Assembly: GCA_963742885.1 (NCBI GenBank)
Contig: CAVUNQ010000028.1
Location: forward strand, 194,902-258,901
From: an uncultured Planctomycetota bacterium
GTDB lineage: Bacteria > Planctomycetota > Planctomycetia > Isosphaerales > Isosphaeraceae
Direction of reading: 5' to 3'
DNA length: 64,000 nt
A program made the position numbers and the translations under genes. Position 1 is the stretch's first letter; each line of letters begins with the position of its first letter. The notes under the pieces are model-generated. The model was not told the DNA's origin. It ran no database searches and saw only the letters and a program-made list of their open reading frames with translations. Positions 9,793-20,540 of this stretch are shown in pieces.

Positions 9793-11815
9793 TCACCTTC
9801 GCGTGATGAACTCGGTCGAATTGATCAGGCTCCAGTAGATGTCTTCGAAGGCCTCGCGCGGGTTGCCGACGGCGGCCAGGTATCGGCCGCAGATCTCGAC
9901 CTCCTTGGGCGTGGGCTGCCGCGACAGCACCCGCAGGTACAGCGCGTTCAGGGCGGATCGCTCGTCGGGAGCGGAGGCGAGGATCTGGCCCAGGACGGTG
10001 CCCGGCCTGGCGGCGATGTAGCCGTTGATCAACTGGCTATTCATCATGAACAGCGCCTGGGGGATGGTGCCCAGGATGTCGTCGTTGGCGACCGAGGGGT
10101 CGACCCCGAAGAGGCGTTCGAAGGCCGCCCGCACCCCGCCCCGGCGGAGGGCGGCGCCCAGCTTACCCTTGGCCGGTGCGGGCAGGCCGGCGGCCTCCAG
10201 GGCCTTCTTCGCCGCGCCCTTCTTGGGGACCGCGGACTGGCCGAGCGAGGCCAGCCGACGGAGATCGCCCGGGCTGGGTGGTGCCGGCTTCGGATTCGAT
10301 CCAGGCCGGGGATTCTGCCCGTTGCGGGCGGCGGGAGGGATCAGGTTGCCGTCGGCGTCCAGCGGCAGGCCGAGGGCCAGGGCCAGGGCTTCGAAGACCT
10401 GGTCGGCGCGGAGGCGGCTGGGGCAGCCCGAGGCGAACGGCGTCTTGCCCGCCGCGCTGGCCGTTGACCGCACCCGACGCTGATAGGCCTCGGTGTTCAT
10501 GATCGTGCGATACAGCCAGCGGATGTCGTAGCCGCCGCGCCGCCACTGATCGGCCAGCGGCTCGAGCACTTCCGGCGCCCGGGGCGTGCGCTCGGGACCG
10601 AGGTCGTCGATCGGCTCGTAGAAGGCCTCGCCCATCAGGGCGTACCACGTCCGATTGACGAACGCCCGGGCGAACCACGGGTTGTCCTGCCCGGTGATGT
10701 ACGAGGCGACCAGCGTCCGCCGCTGCTCGGCGCCGAGGTTCTCGGGGAGTGCCGGGTCCGACTGCTTCGCCCCTTCGGCCGCCAGGAAGAACCGGGGCGC
10801 GATCGGGATCTGCCGGGCGGGATTGTCCTTGTCGGGCATCGTGTAGCGGGCCCGCGGCTGGAACTCGACGGCCACCACCGGGAGCTGGCCGGGTGCGGCC
10901 TTCACGACCTGGTTCTGCTTCGTACCGGCGAAGAACGCCGCGAACTCGTGGAACTGCCGCCGCTTCCACGCATCGGTCTTGTGGTCGTGGCACTGGGCGC
11001 ACTGGATCTGCACGCCCAGGAAGATCCGCGACACCTCGCCGGCCATCTCCACGGGCTGGGTATCGTAGGCCAGGGGGAAGGCGACGGAGCCATCCTGATC
11101 GTTGCGCCCGGTCGCCGTGATCATCCGGGCGGCGATCTCGTCCCACGGCTTGTGCGCCTGGAGCTGCTCGGCCAGCCAGTCCTCGAGCTCGTCGAACCGG
11201 ATCCGGTTCAGGTTCTCGTTGGTGGCGCGGAACTTGACGACGTCGCGCCAGTATCGGGCCCAGTTCTTGGTCCAGTCCGGGTTCTTCAGGAGGGAATCGA
11301 TCAGCCGGGCGCGCTTGTCGTGCGAGCGGTCGCGGACGAACGCCAGGAACTGATCGGGCGTGGGCGGCTTGCCGATCAGGTCGAAGTAGACCCGGCGGAC
11401 GAACTCGACGTCGGTGGTGATGGGGGCCGGGTTGACCTTGGGGTCATTCTTGGTCAGGTATCGAGCGACCAGGCCGTCGAGCTCGCCCGAGGTCAATGTC
11501 GGGGGAGTGACCGTCCGGGCCGGTCGCTGGACATGGACCTCGACCGTTCGCGAGCCGGCCTTGCGATCGGCCTGGACCGCAGCCTGGAGCTGGCGGAGGG
11601 CCTGCGTCAGCTCGCGGGCTTCCTGGGGCGTCAACTTGGTCTTCGCCCCCGGGGAGCCGGGCCGAGCGGGCTCCCCCGCCGGCCGACTGGAACGCCAGGG
11701 CCTGCCCTGTGGGACCGCCGGCCGCGAGCATCGCGGCGATGCTCGCGATGGCCATCGCACCGGCAACCCGACGCCCGCTTCCGCCCGCCCGACCGCTCGT
11801 CCCCGCTCGGATCAT
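9793..11815 (-). CDS. DUF1549/DUF1553 domain protein (PSD1/PSCyt family), 1 frameshift near the N-terminus
   Basis: DUF1549 block FVRRVYFDLIGKPPTPDQ...WARYWRDVV and DUF1553 block QCAQCHDHKTDAWKRRQFHEFAAFF are both present. The signal-peptide-like start MIRAGTSG...AIASIAAMLAAGGPTGQALA lies in another frame (ORF 11444..12064) and joins the main frame near 11650. The gene sits directly upstream of DUF1501, the known paired arrangement. Confidence 0.85.
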
Positions 11816-12141
11816 CGCATCCCCCCTGGTCCGATCCGCCGCGTTCGCCCCACGTCGCCAGACCGTCCGGGCTACCGCGTTGTGCTGATAGAGTAAACCC
11901 CCGAGTGTTCCACGGGTTCCGCGGAAAACACGAATGAATCCCGCATGAAGGTGCAAGGTTGGCAGGCTGGCTACTCGCACGCAGGGGGAATCGATCCATC
12001 CGCCCGTGAGGTGGCATGGCCCCCTCACCATTATTATTGTGGGATACCGAAGCGAGACCCGCAAACGTGGTTCCGAATTTCTCTCCGACTCGTCTCGATT
12101 GCGGGGCGGGCCAGGCCCACCGATTTGCCTCCGAGGAATTC

Positions 12142-13950
12142 ATGCGATTGAAGAACGCTCGCCGATGCGCCGCCTCTTCCCGCCTCGTCGCCGTAAGTCT
12201 GCTCTGGCTACTCATGGCCTCCTCCGGCGCGGACCGGGTTGACGCGGCCGAGCCGGCGCGGGCCGCTCCCTGGCCGGCCACCGACGCGCTGGGGCGATCG
12301 CTGCCGGTCGCCGGCGATCGCGGGGTGCCCGCGCCCCGGCCGGGCCGATACGTCGGCCTCTTCTACTTCCTCTGGCACAACGACGCTCGGGGCAAGCCGC
12401 CGGCCGGGAGCGGTCCCTACGACGTCTCCCGGATCATGGACAAGCTCCCCGACGCCCTTCATCGGCCCGACTCGCCGCTGTGGGGACCCCGGGGGATGTA
12501 CCACTACTGGGCCGAGCCGCTGTATGGCTATTACTTCTCCGCCGACCCCTGGGTCCTGCGCCGCCACGCCCAGCTCCTCTCGGCGGCGGGCATCGACGTC
12601 CTGATCTTCGACACCACCAACGCCGTGACCTATCCCGAGGTCTACAGCCGGCTCTGCTCGGTCTTCGAGGACGTGCGGAAGTCCGGCGGTCGCACGCCGC
12701 AGATGGCGTTCATGGTGAACACCCAGGCGGGAGCGACGGCCGATCGGATCTACCAGGACCTCTATCGGCCCGGGCTCCATCGCGACCTCTGGTTCACCTG
12801 GGAGGGGAAGCCACTCCTGATCTGCGATCCCCGCGAGGCCGGCCCCGAGCTCCGGCGATTCTTCACGCTCCGCCGCGCCCACTGGCCGTTCACCATGGTG
12901 AATACGCCCTACGCCTGGCACTGGGAGGCGACCTATCCCCAGGTATACGGCTACACCAAGGACCCGAAGACGCCCGAGCAGGTCAACGTCTCGGTGGCGC
13001 AGAACCTCCGCGTCGGCGACGGGCAGGTGACGAACATGAGCGCGGGCGACGCCCGCGGCCGGAGCTTCCACGACGGGTCGATGGACCGTTCCCCCGGCTC
13101 GGTCGATCGGGGGCTGAACTTCCAGGAGCAATGGGAGCGTGCCCTGACGCTCGACCCGCCGTTCGTCATGGTCACCGGCTGGAACGAGTGGATCGCCGGC
13201 CGATGGGGCCAGCCGGGCGGTCCCATCGAATTCGTCGACCAGTTCGACGAGCAATACAGCCGCGACATCGAGCCGATGAAGGGGGGCCACGGCGACAATT
13301 ACTACTATCAGCTCGTGGCCAACGTCCGGCGCTACAAGGGCGTCGAGCCGATCCCCCACGCCTCGGCTCCCCGCTCGATCCGGATCGACGGGGGCATGGA
13401 CCAGTGGGCCGACATCGGGCCGGCTTTCGCCGATGACGCGGGCGACACCGTTCCGCGCGACTTCGACGGCGCCGGCGGCCTGCATTATCGCGACCGCAGC
13501 GGTCGCAACGACCTCGTCGTGTTCAAGGTCGCCCGCGACGCCGAGAATCTCTACTTCCACGCCCGGACGAAGCAAGCCTTGACGCCCTCGTCCGACCCCA
13601 ACTGGATGTGGCTGCTGATCGACATCGACGGCGACGCCAGGACGGGCTGGGAGGGCTACGACTTCATCGTCAACCGCCGGATCGACGGCGACGGCACCGC
13701 CTGGCTCGAGAAGAACGACGGCGGCTGGCGATGGAAGCCCGTCGGGAAGGTCAAGTCTCGCGTTGTCGGCAACGAGCTGCACCTGGCGATCCCGCGCGAA
13801 TCGCTCGGACTCCCACGCGACAAGACGGGCTTCTCCCTGGACTTCAAGTGGGCCGACAACCTCCAGCATCCGGGCGACGTCATGGACTTCTACACGAGCG
13901 GGGATGTCGCCCCCGAGGGGCGGTTCCGCTATCGTTACACCGCCCAATGA
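12142..13950 (+). CDS. Putative secreted glycoside hydrolase (TIM-barrel type, family uncertain; possibly GH99/GH71-like) with C-terminal beta-sandwich region
   Basis: Intact ORF of about 600 aa with signal peptide MRLKNARRCAASSRLVAVSLLWLLMASSGADRVDAA. Aromatic and acidic motifs GLFYFLWHN, MYHYWAEPLYGYYFSADPWVLRRHAQLLSAAGIDVLIFDTTN and VMVTGWNEWIAGRW are typical of GH catalytic domains. The family assignment is from memory only. Confidence 0.5.
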   Translation: MRLKNARRCAASSRLVAVSLLWLLMASSGADRVDAAEPARAAPWPATDALGRSLPVAGDRGVPAPRPGRYVGLFYFLWHNDARGKPPAGSGPYDVSRIMDKLPDALHRPDSPLWGPRGMYHYWAEPLYGYYFSADPWVLRRHAQLLSAAGIDVLIFDTTNAVTYPEVYSRLCSVFEDVRKSGGRTPQMAFMVNTQAGATADRIYQDLYRPGLHRDLWFTWEGKPLLICDPREAGPELRRFFTLRRAHWPFTMVNTPYAWHWEATYPQVYGYTKDPKTPEQVNVSVAQNLRVGDGQVTNMSAGDARGRSFHDGSMDRSPGSVDRGLNFQEQWERALTLDPPFVMVTGWNEWIAGRWGQPGGPIEFVDQFDEQYSRDIEPMKGGHGDNYYYQLVANVRRYKGVEPIPHASAPRSIRIDGGMDQWADIGPAFADDAGDTVPRDFDGAGGLHYRDRSGRNDLVVFKVARDAENLYFHARTKQALTPSSDPNWMWLLIDIDGDARTGWEGYDFIVNRRIDGDGTAWLEKNDGGWRWKPVGKVKSRVVGNELHLAIPRESLGLPRDKTGFSLDFKWADNLQHPGDVMDFYTSGDVAPEGRFRYRYTAQ

Positions 13951-14003
13951 GGGTCCCAGCACCGGCCAGGATTGTCTGCCAGTGTTTGATCGGAGGATCA
14001 GGA

Positions 14004-14802
14004 TCAGCCACGATCTTCCGCGCGGGCCTTGAGATGCTGCAGCAGCCGCGCCACGTCGTAGCCGACCAGGTTGGCGACGACCTCGTCGGCGCCCGCCTCC
14101 TCGAGCGACGCGGCCGGGTGGGTCGTGGTCGAGGCCGACGGCGTACATCCCGGCGGACTTCGCAGCCTGGATGCCGACAGGGGCATCCTCGAAGACGACG
14201 GAGCGCGACGGGTCCACGCCCGCCTTGGCCGCGGCCACCAGGAACACCTGCGGGTCGGGCTTGCCCCGGGTGATGTCCTCCAACGACGCGATCGCCGCGA
14301 ACCGGCCGGCGAGACCGCATTCGTTCACCGTCAGCTCCAGGTTCGGCAGCGGCCCGCTCGAGCCGATGGCCAGGCGCACGCCGATGGCCGTCAAGGCATC
14401 GAGAACCTCGCGGACGCCGTCCATCAGGCGGATCCGGCCCCGTGCCACGTCGCGATAGCATTGCTCCTTCAGGTCCGAATAGCGGCGGATCTGGTCGTCG
14501 CTGATCGCGTCGCCCAGCAGGCGGCGGAAGATGCTCGGGTTCGTCATGCCGAACGTGGCGTGGATGAACTCGGGCGTGAAGGCCAGGCCCTCGCGCCGGC
14601 CCAGCTCGAGCCACGCCTGCTGGTGCGGCTCGAGCGAGTCCACGAGGACGCCGTCGTGATCGAAGATGGCGAGGTAGGGGTCGGATGCGGTGGGCAAGGG
14701 CGTCTCCTCAGTCGAGTTCGGGGAGGCACGGGAATTCAGGATTCGAGAGTGCAGAGTACGGAGTGCGGACTCAGGATGGAGCAGGTCGTCGGCTGTCCTC
14801 AT
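14004..14802 (-). CDS. HAD-superfamily hydrolase (beta-phosphoglucomutase/CbbY-like), 1 frameshift near the C-terminus
   Basis: Motif I LAIFDHDGVLVDS, motif II region and motif III/IV RGKPDPQVFLVAAAKAGVDPSRSVVFEDAPVGIQAAKSAGMYAVGLD are present. The natural C-terminus ASLEEAGADEVVANLVGYDVARLLQHLKARAEDRG is in a different frame (ORF 14004..14186). Confidence 0.75.
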
Positions 14803-14842
14803 GGATCGCTCATCGGAATCCGGGATCGATCGAGACCGTCGA

Positions 14843-15700
14843 TCACGCGACGACCGGCGGGAGATCGACCAGGAGCGGTGGGGACGCCGTCTCGGCCGGC
14901 CCGATCAGCATCTCGGCGACCTCGCGCATCGTGATCGAGCGCCGGGCCGGGTCGGGGATCAGCAGCGGCGCAGCAGGTCGCCGAACGGCTCGGGGACCTC
15001 GGCGGCCATCGCCTCGGGCTCGACGGATCGGATCTGGTCGAGGACCTGGAGGATATTCGGTCCCGGGAAGGCCGGCCGGCCGGTGGCCAGCTCGAAGAAG
15101 ATGACCCCCAGGGAGAAGAGGTCGCTGGCCGGGGATGCCGGCTCGCCGCGGACCTGCTCGGGGGCCAGGTATCGGGGAGTCCCGAAGAGCCCGTTGCCAA
15201 GCTCGGCGAGCCCCAGCTCGGCCGTCTCGTCGCCGACGGCCGTTGGTTTGGCACGCAGGCGGCGGGCCAGGCCGAAGTCGAGGATCTTCACCAGCCCGTC
15301 GTCGGCGACCAGCACGTTCTCCGGCTTGAGGTCCCCGTGCACGATGCCCGCCGAATGCGCGGCCGCCATCCCCGAGGCCATCTGCCGCGCGATCGAATGG
15401 AGCGATTCGGATGACAGGCCGTCTCCCTGCGCGAGCTGGCCGATCCCCCGGCCCGCGATGTATTCCATCGCGATGATCGGCACCCCCGCCGTGTCGTCCA
15501 CGGTGTAGATCGTGCAGAGGTTCGGGTGGTTCAGCGCGGCCGCGGCGCGGGCCTCGGCCAGGGCCGCGCCGGGCGTCACCGGGCAGTCGGGCTTGAAGAC
15601 CTTGAGCGCCACCGGGCGGTCGAGCTGGAGGTCCCGCGCCCGGAAGACCCGGGCGAACGTCCCCGAGCCCACCTCGGCCTCGATCAGGTATCGGGAGAAA
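14843..15700 (-). CDS. Ser/Thr protein kinase (Hanks-type catalytic domain), N-terminal boundary unresolved
   Basis: Gly-loop EVGSGTFARVFRA, VALK, HRD-like IVHGDLKPENVLV, DFG, GTPRYLAPE and domain XI are present. The C-terminus ...LIPDPARRSITMREVAEMLIGP continues in a +1 frame after position 14957. No start codon exists within about 100 codons upstream of the Gly-loop in the kinase frame. The Gly-loop begins 2 nt from the peroxiredoxin stop. Confidence 0.7.
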   Translation of the reverse strand, partial: FLPIPDRGRGGLGDVRPGLPGAGPPARPPGGAQGLQARLPGDARRGPGRGPRRGRAEPPEPLHDLHRGRHGGGADHRDGIHRGPGDRPARAGRRPVIRIAPFDRAADGLGDGGRAFGGHRARGPQAGERAGRRRRAGEDPRLRPGPPPACQTNGRRRRDGRAGARRAWQRALRDSPIPGPRAGPRRAGIPGQRPLLPGGHLLRAGHRPAGLPGTEYPPGPRPDPIRRARGDGRRGPRAVRRPAAPLLIPDPARRSITMREVAEMLIGPAETASPPLLVDLPPVVA

Positions 15701-16265
15701 TAGCGCCCGGCCGCACCACGGTGAACGGGTCGAGCGCCGGGTCGTCGGCCATCCAGTCCTCGCGGCACAGCCCGCCCGATTGCAGGGCCATCAAGACGCG
15801 AAGGACCTCCTGGCTCCGCCGGCCCACGCTGAGGTTGTGCACCACCTGGTACTGCACGATGCCTGCAGGATCGATGATGAACAGCCCCCGCATCGCCACC
15901 CCCAGACCCTCGTGATAGACCGCGAAATCCCGCGCCGTCGCACCGTCCGGGTCGCTCGCCAGCGGGAAACTCAGGCCGCCCAGGCCCCCCTTCGCCCTCG
16001 GCGTCGCGATCCAGCGCTCGTGCGATTCCACCGAGTCGCCGCTGATTCCCAGCAGCTCGCACCCGTGCCCCTGGAATTCCTCGAACCGCTGGCTCAGGCC
16101 GACCAGCTCCGTGGGGCAGACCAGCGAGAAGTCATGGGGGTAGAAGACCACGACCAGCCATCGGCCACGATAGTGCTCCAGCGCCACCCGCTCCCGCCCG
16201 GGATCGGTGATCCGCGTGCAGGCCAGGTCGAAGCTCGGGGCCGGGTTGCCGATCAGCGTCGCCAT
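15684..16265 (-). CDS. Peroxiredoxin (AhpC/TSA, 2-Cys type)
   Basis: MATLIGNPAPSFDL...RWLVVVFYPHDFSLVCPTELVGL...GISGDSVESHERW... The 194-aa ORF is of typical Prx length. The resolving-Cys region reads GGLCREDW. Confidence 0.8.
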   Translation of the reverse strand: MATLIGNPAPSFDLACTRITDPGRERVALEHYRGRWLVVVFYPHDFSLVCPTELVGLSQRFEEFQGHGCELLGISGDSVESHERWIATPRAKGGLGGLSFPLASDPDGATARDFAVYHEGLGVAMRGLFIIDPAGIVQYQVVHNLSVGRRSQEVLRVLMALQSGGLCREDWMADDPALDPFTVVRPGAISPDT

Positions 16266-16438
16266 GGATGGACGAAAGACCTCACGGAAGGATACAACGG
16301 CCCGAACGAGCCGGGCCGCTGAAGGGCCTGGCGACGGTTCCATCATTGTACGGGCAGGAGGGGCGAGATCTGAAGGGGAGTCGAGCGGCGGGCGAGGAGA
16401 CGGGAGTCGGAGCCGGAGTGGGGGCGAGGCTGGGGCGG

Positions 16439-17794
16439 ATGTCCTGGCTGACCTTCCTGGTGGGCCAGGGTCTGCTCGCGATGGCGTGGTGGTGGCTCTC
16501 GCCGGGCGGGTTCGGGCCGGGGCACCCGCGATTCTGGTCCAACCGCGTGGCACCGCCGCTGATCCTGGTCGCGGTGCTCGTGACACTGGTGGCTCTCCGA
16601 CGGGATCACCAGCGCGCGTTGCGGCTGCTGCTGGCCGGATGGCCGGCCGCGTGGGCGGGGATGGCCGTGGCGCTGCGGTTCCTCTTTCCCGTCACGATGG
16701 CCCGGTTCTGGCTGGTTCCGGCCGGGGTGGCCGTCGCCATGGGGATGCTCGCGGTCCGCTCGTGGCGGCGGGGGTCGATCGATGGACGATGGCATTGCGG
16801 CCTACTGGCCATCGTTGCCGGCGCCGCGACGGCCGGCGCGGCCCTCGTCGCGGCCTGGCGCCCGCCTTCCGCCGCGACTCATCCCCTCGACCGGCCGATG
16901 GCGGCAGGCGGGCCGTCGGATGCGACGCCGGGCCAAAGCCCGCCGGGGAGTATCCGGTTCGAGGGCGGGGTCATGCTCCAGACGTTCGACGGGTCGATCA
17001 CGGCTCGCGTCGATCGGCTCACTGTCTCGATCCAGCCGCTGCTGAGGTTCCTGAGCCGATCGCTCGACGGGGCCCCGACGGTGCTGGTCCGCGCCGGCGA
17101 CCGGGCCGGCCCCGAGCCTCGGTTGCGCGACGGCTGGAAGATTGGGGAGCGGTCGTACATGCTGGCCTATGATTTCCCGGGCCAGGGAACGGCCTCGCTG
17201 AAGGCCGACATGGAGGCTGGCGGCGCGATCGTCCTCGAGGCCGCGTCGCACCTGGATCAGGTCGTCTATTCGCATCTGAACGCGTTCTGCGACGTCGAGG
17301 TCCGGGGGCATCGCCGGCTGGCCCTGGAGTTCTCGCCGTGTCCGGGGACCTTGATCGAGGTCCGGCCCTTCGACTATCCGGTAGGCCGGCCCGCGCGGTT
17401 CGCCTTTGTCTTGTCCGACCGGACATTCTGTGTCGTCGAGGCCAGCAGTGGCGAGAAAGGCCCGTTCCGGACCCTGGCGCGGGGACGGCTCGAGCCGGAG
17501 CAGGCGCTCACGATCACATTCCACGATGGCGACCGCGCCATCGCGCGGCTTTCGCTCGACGATTTCGCCGCGCAGGCCGACACGACGCTCTCGCCGACGG
17601 CTGGCTGGGGCGTGCCGGTGAACGCGATCGAGTTTAGCCTGGCGGATGAGGGCCCGTCTTCGCCCGCATCGATCTTCGTGACGCTCGCGGGCACGTCCGT
17701 CGGCCGCGGCTGGGACTGCGTGGGGCACAAGGCCGGGACCTACCGCAACCGGCTCCGACTGGAGTCGGTTGCGGCGGCCTCTCGGCGCGAATGA
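16439..17794 (+). CDS. Hypothetical integral membrane protein with C-terminal soluble domain
   Basis: Intact ORF. The N-terminal ~130 aa contain four hydrophobic helices (MSWLTFLVGQGLLAMAWWWL..., LILVAVLVTLVAL, WPAAWAGMAVALRFLFPV, WLVPAGVAVAMGMLAV). The remainder has natural composition. No motif recognised. Confidence 0.45.
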   Translation: MSWLTFLVGQGLLAMAWWWLSPGGFGPGHPRFWSNRVAPPLILVAVLVTLVALRRDHQRALRLLLAGWPAAWAGMAVALRFLFPVTMARFWLVPAGVAVAMGMLAVRSWRRGSIDGRWHCGLLAIVAGAATAGAALVAAWRPPSAATHPLDRPMAAGGPSDATPGQSPPGSIRFEGGVMLQTFDGSITARVDRLTVSIQPLLRFLSRSLDGAPTVLVRAGDRAGPEPRLRDGWKIGERSYMLAYDFPGQGTASLKADMEAGGAIVLEAASHLDQVVYSHLNAFCDVEVRGHRRLALEFSPCPGTLIEVRPFDYPVGRPARFAFVLSDRTFCVVEASSGEKGPFRTLARGRLEPEQALTITFHDGDRAIARLSLDDFAAQADTTLSPTAGWGVPVNAIEFSLADEGPSSPASIFVTLAGTSVGRGWDCVGHKAGTYRNRLRLESVAAASRRE

Positions 17795-20078
17795 GGCACT
17801 CGGCGCGGGACGACGGCCGTGGGATTCGTCGCCACCGGCACGCCGGCGGTGGCCGGCGCGGGAGCGGGGCCCGGTGCGGCGGCCGCGGTCGGTGCCGTGC
17901 CGCCGGCCGGCGCGGGGCCCTTGATCGGCTCGGGTTTGACATCCTGGGCCGGCCGGGGCTGCTCGATGCCGATCCCCGCCCGCACCAGGTTGATCCGTGC
18001 CCATCCCGAGGGGTCCAGCGGCGAGATCGACTGGATCTTGAAGCCCGGCAGCCGGAGCTGGTCGAGGTTGATGTCGATGTTCTGGCTGCGGATCTTGGTG
18101 CCCATCGCGCTCATGACGATCGCCGACTGGAAGCGGGTCAGCGGCTTCCCCTGGTTCTCGTCGTCGTTGATGGCGATGACCTCGCCGGTGGTACCCGGGT
18201 TGAACTCCTGGATCTTGCCCTTGAGGCGGAGCGTGCCCGGCGTGGAGTTGTCGAGCTGATAGGAGAGGGCGACCTCGACGAGCGGCGCCTTGATCCGGAG
18301 GACCTTGGCCGGCACGCCCAGCAGGTTGCCGCCGGCTTCCGGGTCCGGCGCGGGGACGTCGAGCTGGAAGTCGCGCACCAGGGCCACGAGGTAACCGCGG
18401 GCATCGGTGCTGAACTCGGGGGGCTGCTGCGGCCGGGTGATCCGCAGGGCCTGGACCCGCTGGTCATGGGCCTTGCGGGCGGCCTCGACGGCCTTCAGAT
18501 AGTCGGGGAACGAGACATTCTCCTTGACGCTGACCGCGTCCTTTGGGGGCGCGCCCGGCGGCACGGCCTTCGTCTCGATCATCAGGTTCTGGACCGAGCG
18601 CACCTTCTCCTGCTGCCAGAGACCGCTGGCCGCGCTGGTGGCCAGCGAGCCGAGGTGCAGGTCGGCGGTCACACCGGGGTCGAACGTCGAGGCCAGCTTG
18701 GGAGGCTGCGGGGTGTCCGCACCGCGCTGGTCGGGCGCCGCGCCATTCGAACCGCCCGCCCACGAAGATCGCCTCGGGGCGCGAGTTTCATCGAGAGCTG
18801 GCGGATGAGGAAGTCGCGGACGGCCGCCGTGTCGTTGCCGATCAGGTATTTCGAGCGGAGATCGGCGTTCCGCTGGGCTTCCTCGATGGAGAGTTTCTCC
18901 TGCGTCTCCTCGGCGGCCTCCTGGGGGATTCGCTGCTGAAACTCGGGCAGCGCCCCCTCCTTGACCTTCTGATTGATCTTCTGCTGGTTCATCCCGATCA
19001 GGCCGGCGATGTCGCGCCCAGTTCGTGTCCGCATGTCGGCGCCGAGCCGATCGCCGCGTCGACCGAGTGACTGGCCGAGGGGACCAGGTTCAACCCGGAC
19101 GGCGTGATGACCGCCGTGATGGTGAGGTTGGACCAGTCGTAGGTCGTGCAATTGAAAACGTAGAGCTTGGCGGCTTTGCGACCCTGCGGGTCCCGCTCGA
19201 TCTGCTGCTGGAAGTCGTGGATCGGCGTGACGCTGGTGAGCGACTGGCTGTTGTAGAAGGAGATGCCGGCGTCGTTGGGCAGTAGCCCGAATCCCGTCTT
19301 GGGTCCGGCGTACACCATCGAAGTGTACCCCTTGCGCGTGATGGGGCCCGTCTGCACGAGGTTGGTGTCGAAGACGGGGTCCACGGTCTGTGCGTCGGCG
19401 GCGATGTCGAGATTGGGCCGGTTGAACAGGTCGTTCATCGCGGCCTCGAGCTCCCACGAGGGCTGCCAGGTCCGCCCCTGACTCTGCTGCCCCTGATTCT
19501 GCCGGTCGAGCGACGCGAGGGCCTCGTGGACCCTCCGGAGCGCCGCCTGCCGTTTCTGCACCGTCTGGGCGGCGTCGTAATCGCGGAGCGCCGCGCCCAG
19601 GTCATTCTGGACGAAGTCCACCCAGCGGGTCCGGTTGGCCTGCACGGCCGGATCGGACGCCGCCGGCATCGATTGGACGGACTCGCTCAGCCGCGGCGCG
19701 CCCACGCCAGCCGCACGCGGGGCCGCAGCCACTCCCTCAGCTCCTCCCGCAGCGTCGCCGCGGGCGGCCACGAGACGCCCTCCAGCGCCTGCGAGATCTG
19801 AAAGACCCGGTCCAGCGCCGCCTGTCGATCCGCGTCATTCTGCGCCTGGCCGTACGACCGCAAATCGTCGAGCAGAGCGTCGAACAGCGTGTTCCAACCG
19901 TCCGCGTTGGGATCGACCGGCGCCCGGGCTTCGCCCAGGCCTGGCGGATCGACTCGATCGTCTTCTCGACTCCGACATAGGTCGATGCCGCGGGCGCGGG
20001 CTGCCCCGCCGCCTCCCGGCCGGCCCAACCCAGATACCCGGCTATCCCTAGTGCCACCAGCCACTTCAAACCGCGCAT
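17740..20078 (-). CDS. Large hypothetical secreted protein (about 775 aa) with at least 4 apparent frame shifts
   Basis: Natural-reading segments are spread over five minus-strand ORFs in different frames: 19737..20147 (signal peptide MRGLKWLVALGIAGYLGWAG), 19687..20064, 18998..19771, 18669..19457 and 17740..18672. They concatenate into one continuous polypeptide. No family recognised. Confidence 0.45.
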
Positions 20079-20540
20079 GCGTCTTCTCCGTCGTCGGGCT
20101 GTCGCTCGAAGTTGAGCTCGATTGATCCTTGCATCGTCCGGCTTCAACCTGATGTTGACCCGGTGTCCTTAAACTCCCGCTCGATGGGGCTTATTTTCCC
20201 CATAATCCCCAAAATCTCAAGTCTTCGAGGAATTCAGCGAGGACTGCGGTCTGCACAATTGATGCCGATTGCGGGTTCCATAGGGGTCTGGTTGGGTTGC
20301 ATGGCCGCTATAGCAAGGACCATCCGCGCGATCCTCCCGCCGGGTTCCCCGGGGGCCGACCGCCGAGGGCCGCGACAACGGCCGGCGCATCGTGTTACAA
20401 TCCGGTTCGCTTCCGAGCGGTCCGATCTGATCATCCCTTCAGGAACGCGATCATCCGTCGGCTGCGAGCGAATTCATCGATCCGAATCATCGTCATCGAA
20501 TCGGCGGCCGAGCTTTCGGCCAGGCCGGGAGGGCAGAGTC

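Noticed and set aside
10948-11937. 329-aa plus-strand ORF
   Set aside because: It is antisense to the DUF1553 gene, whose minus-strand translation carries clear family motifs.
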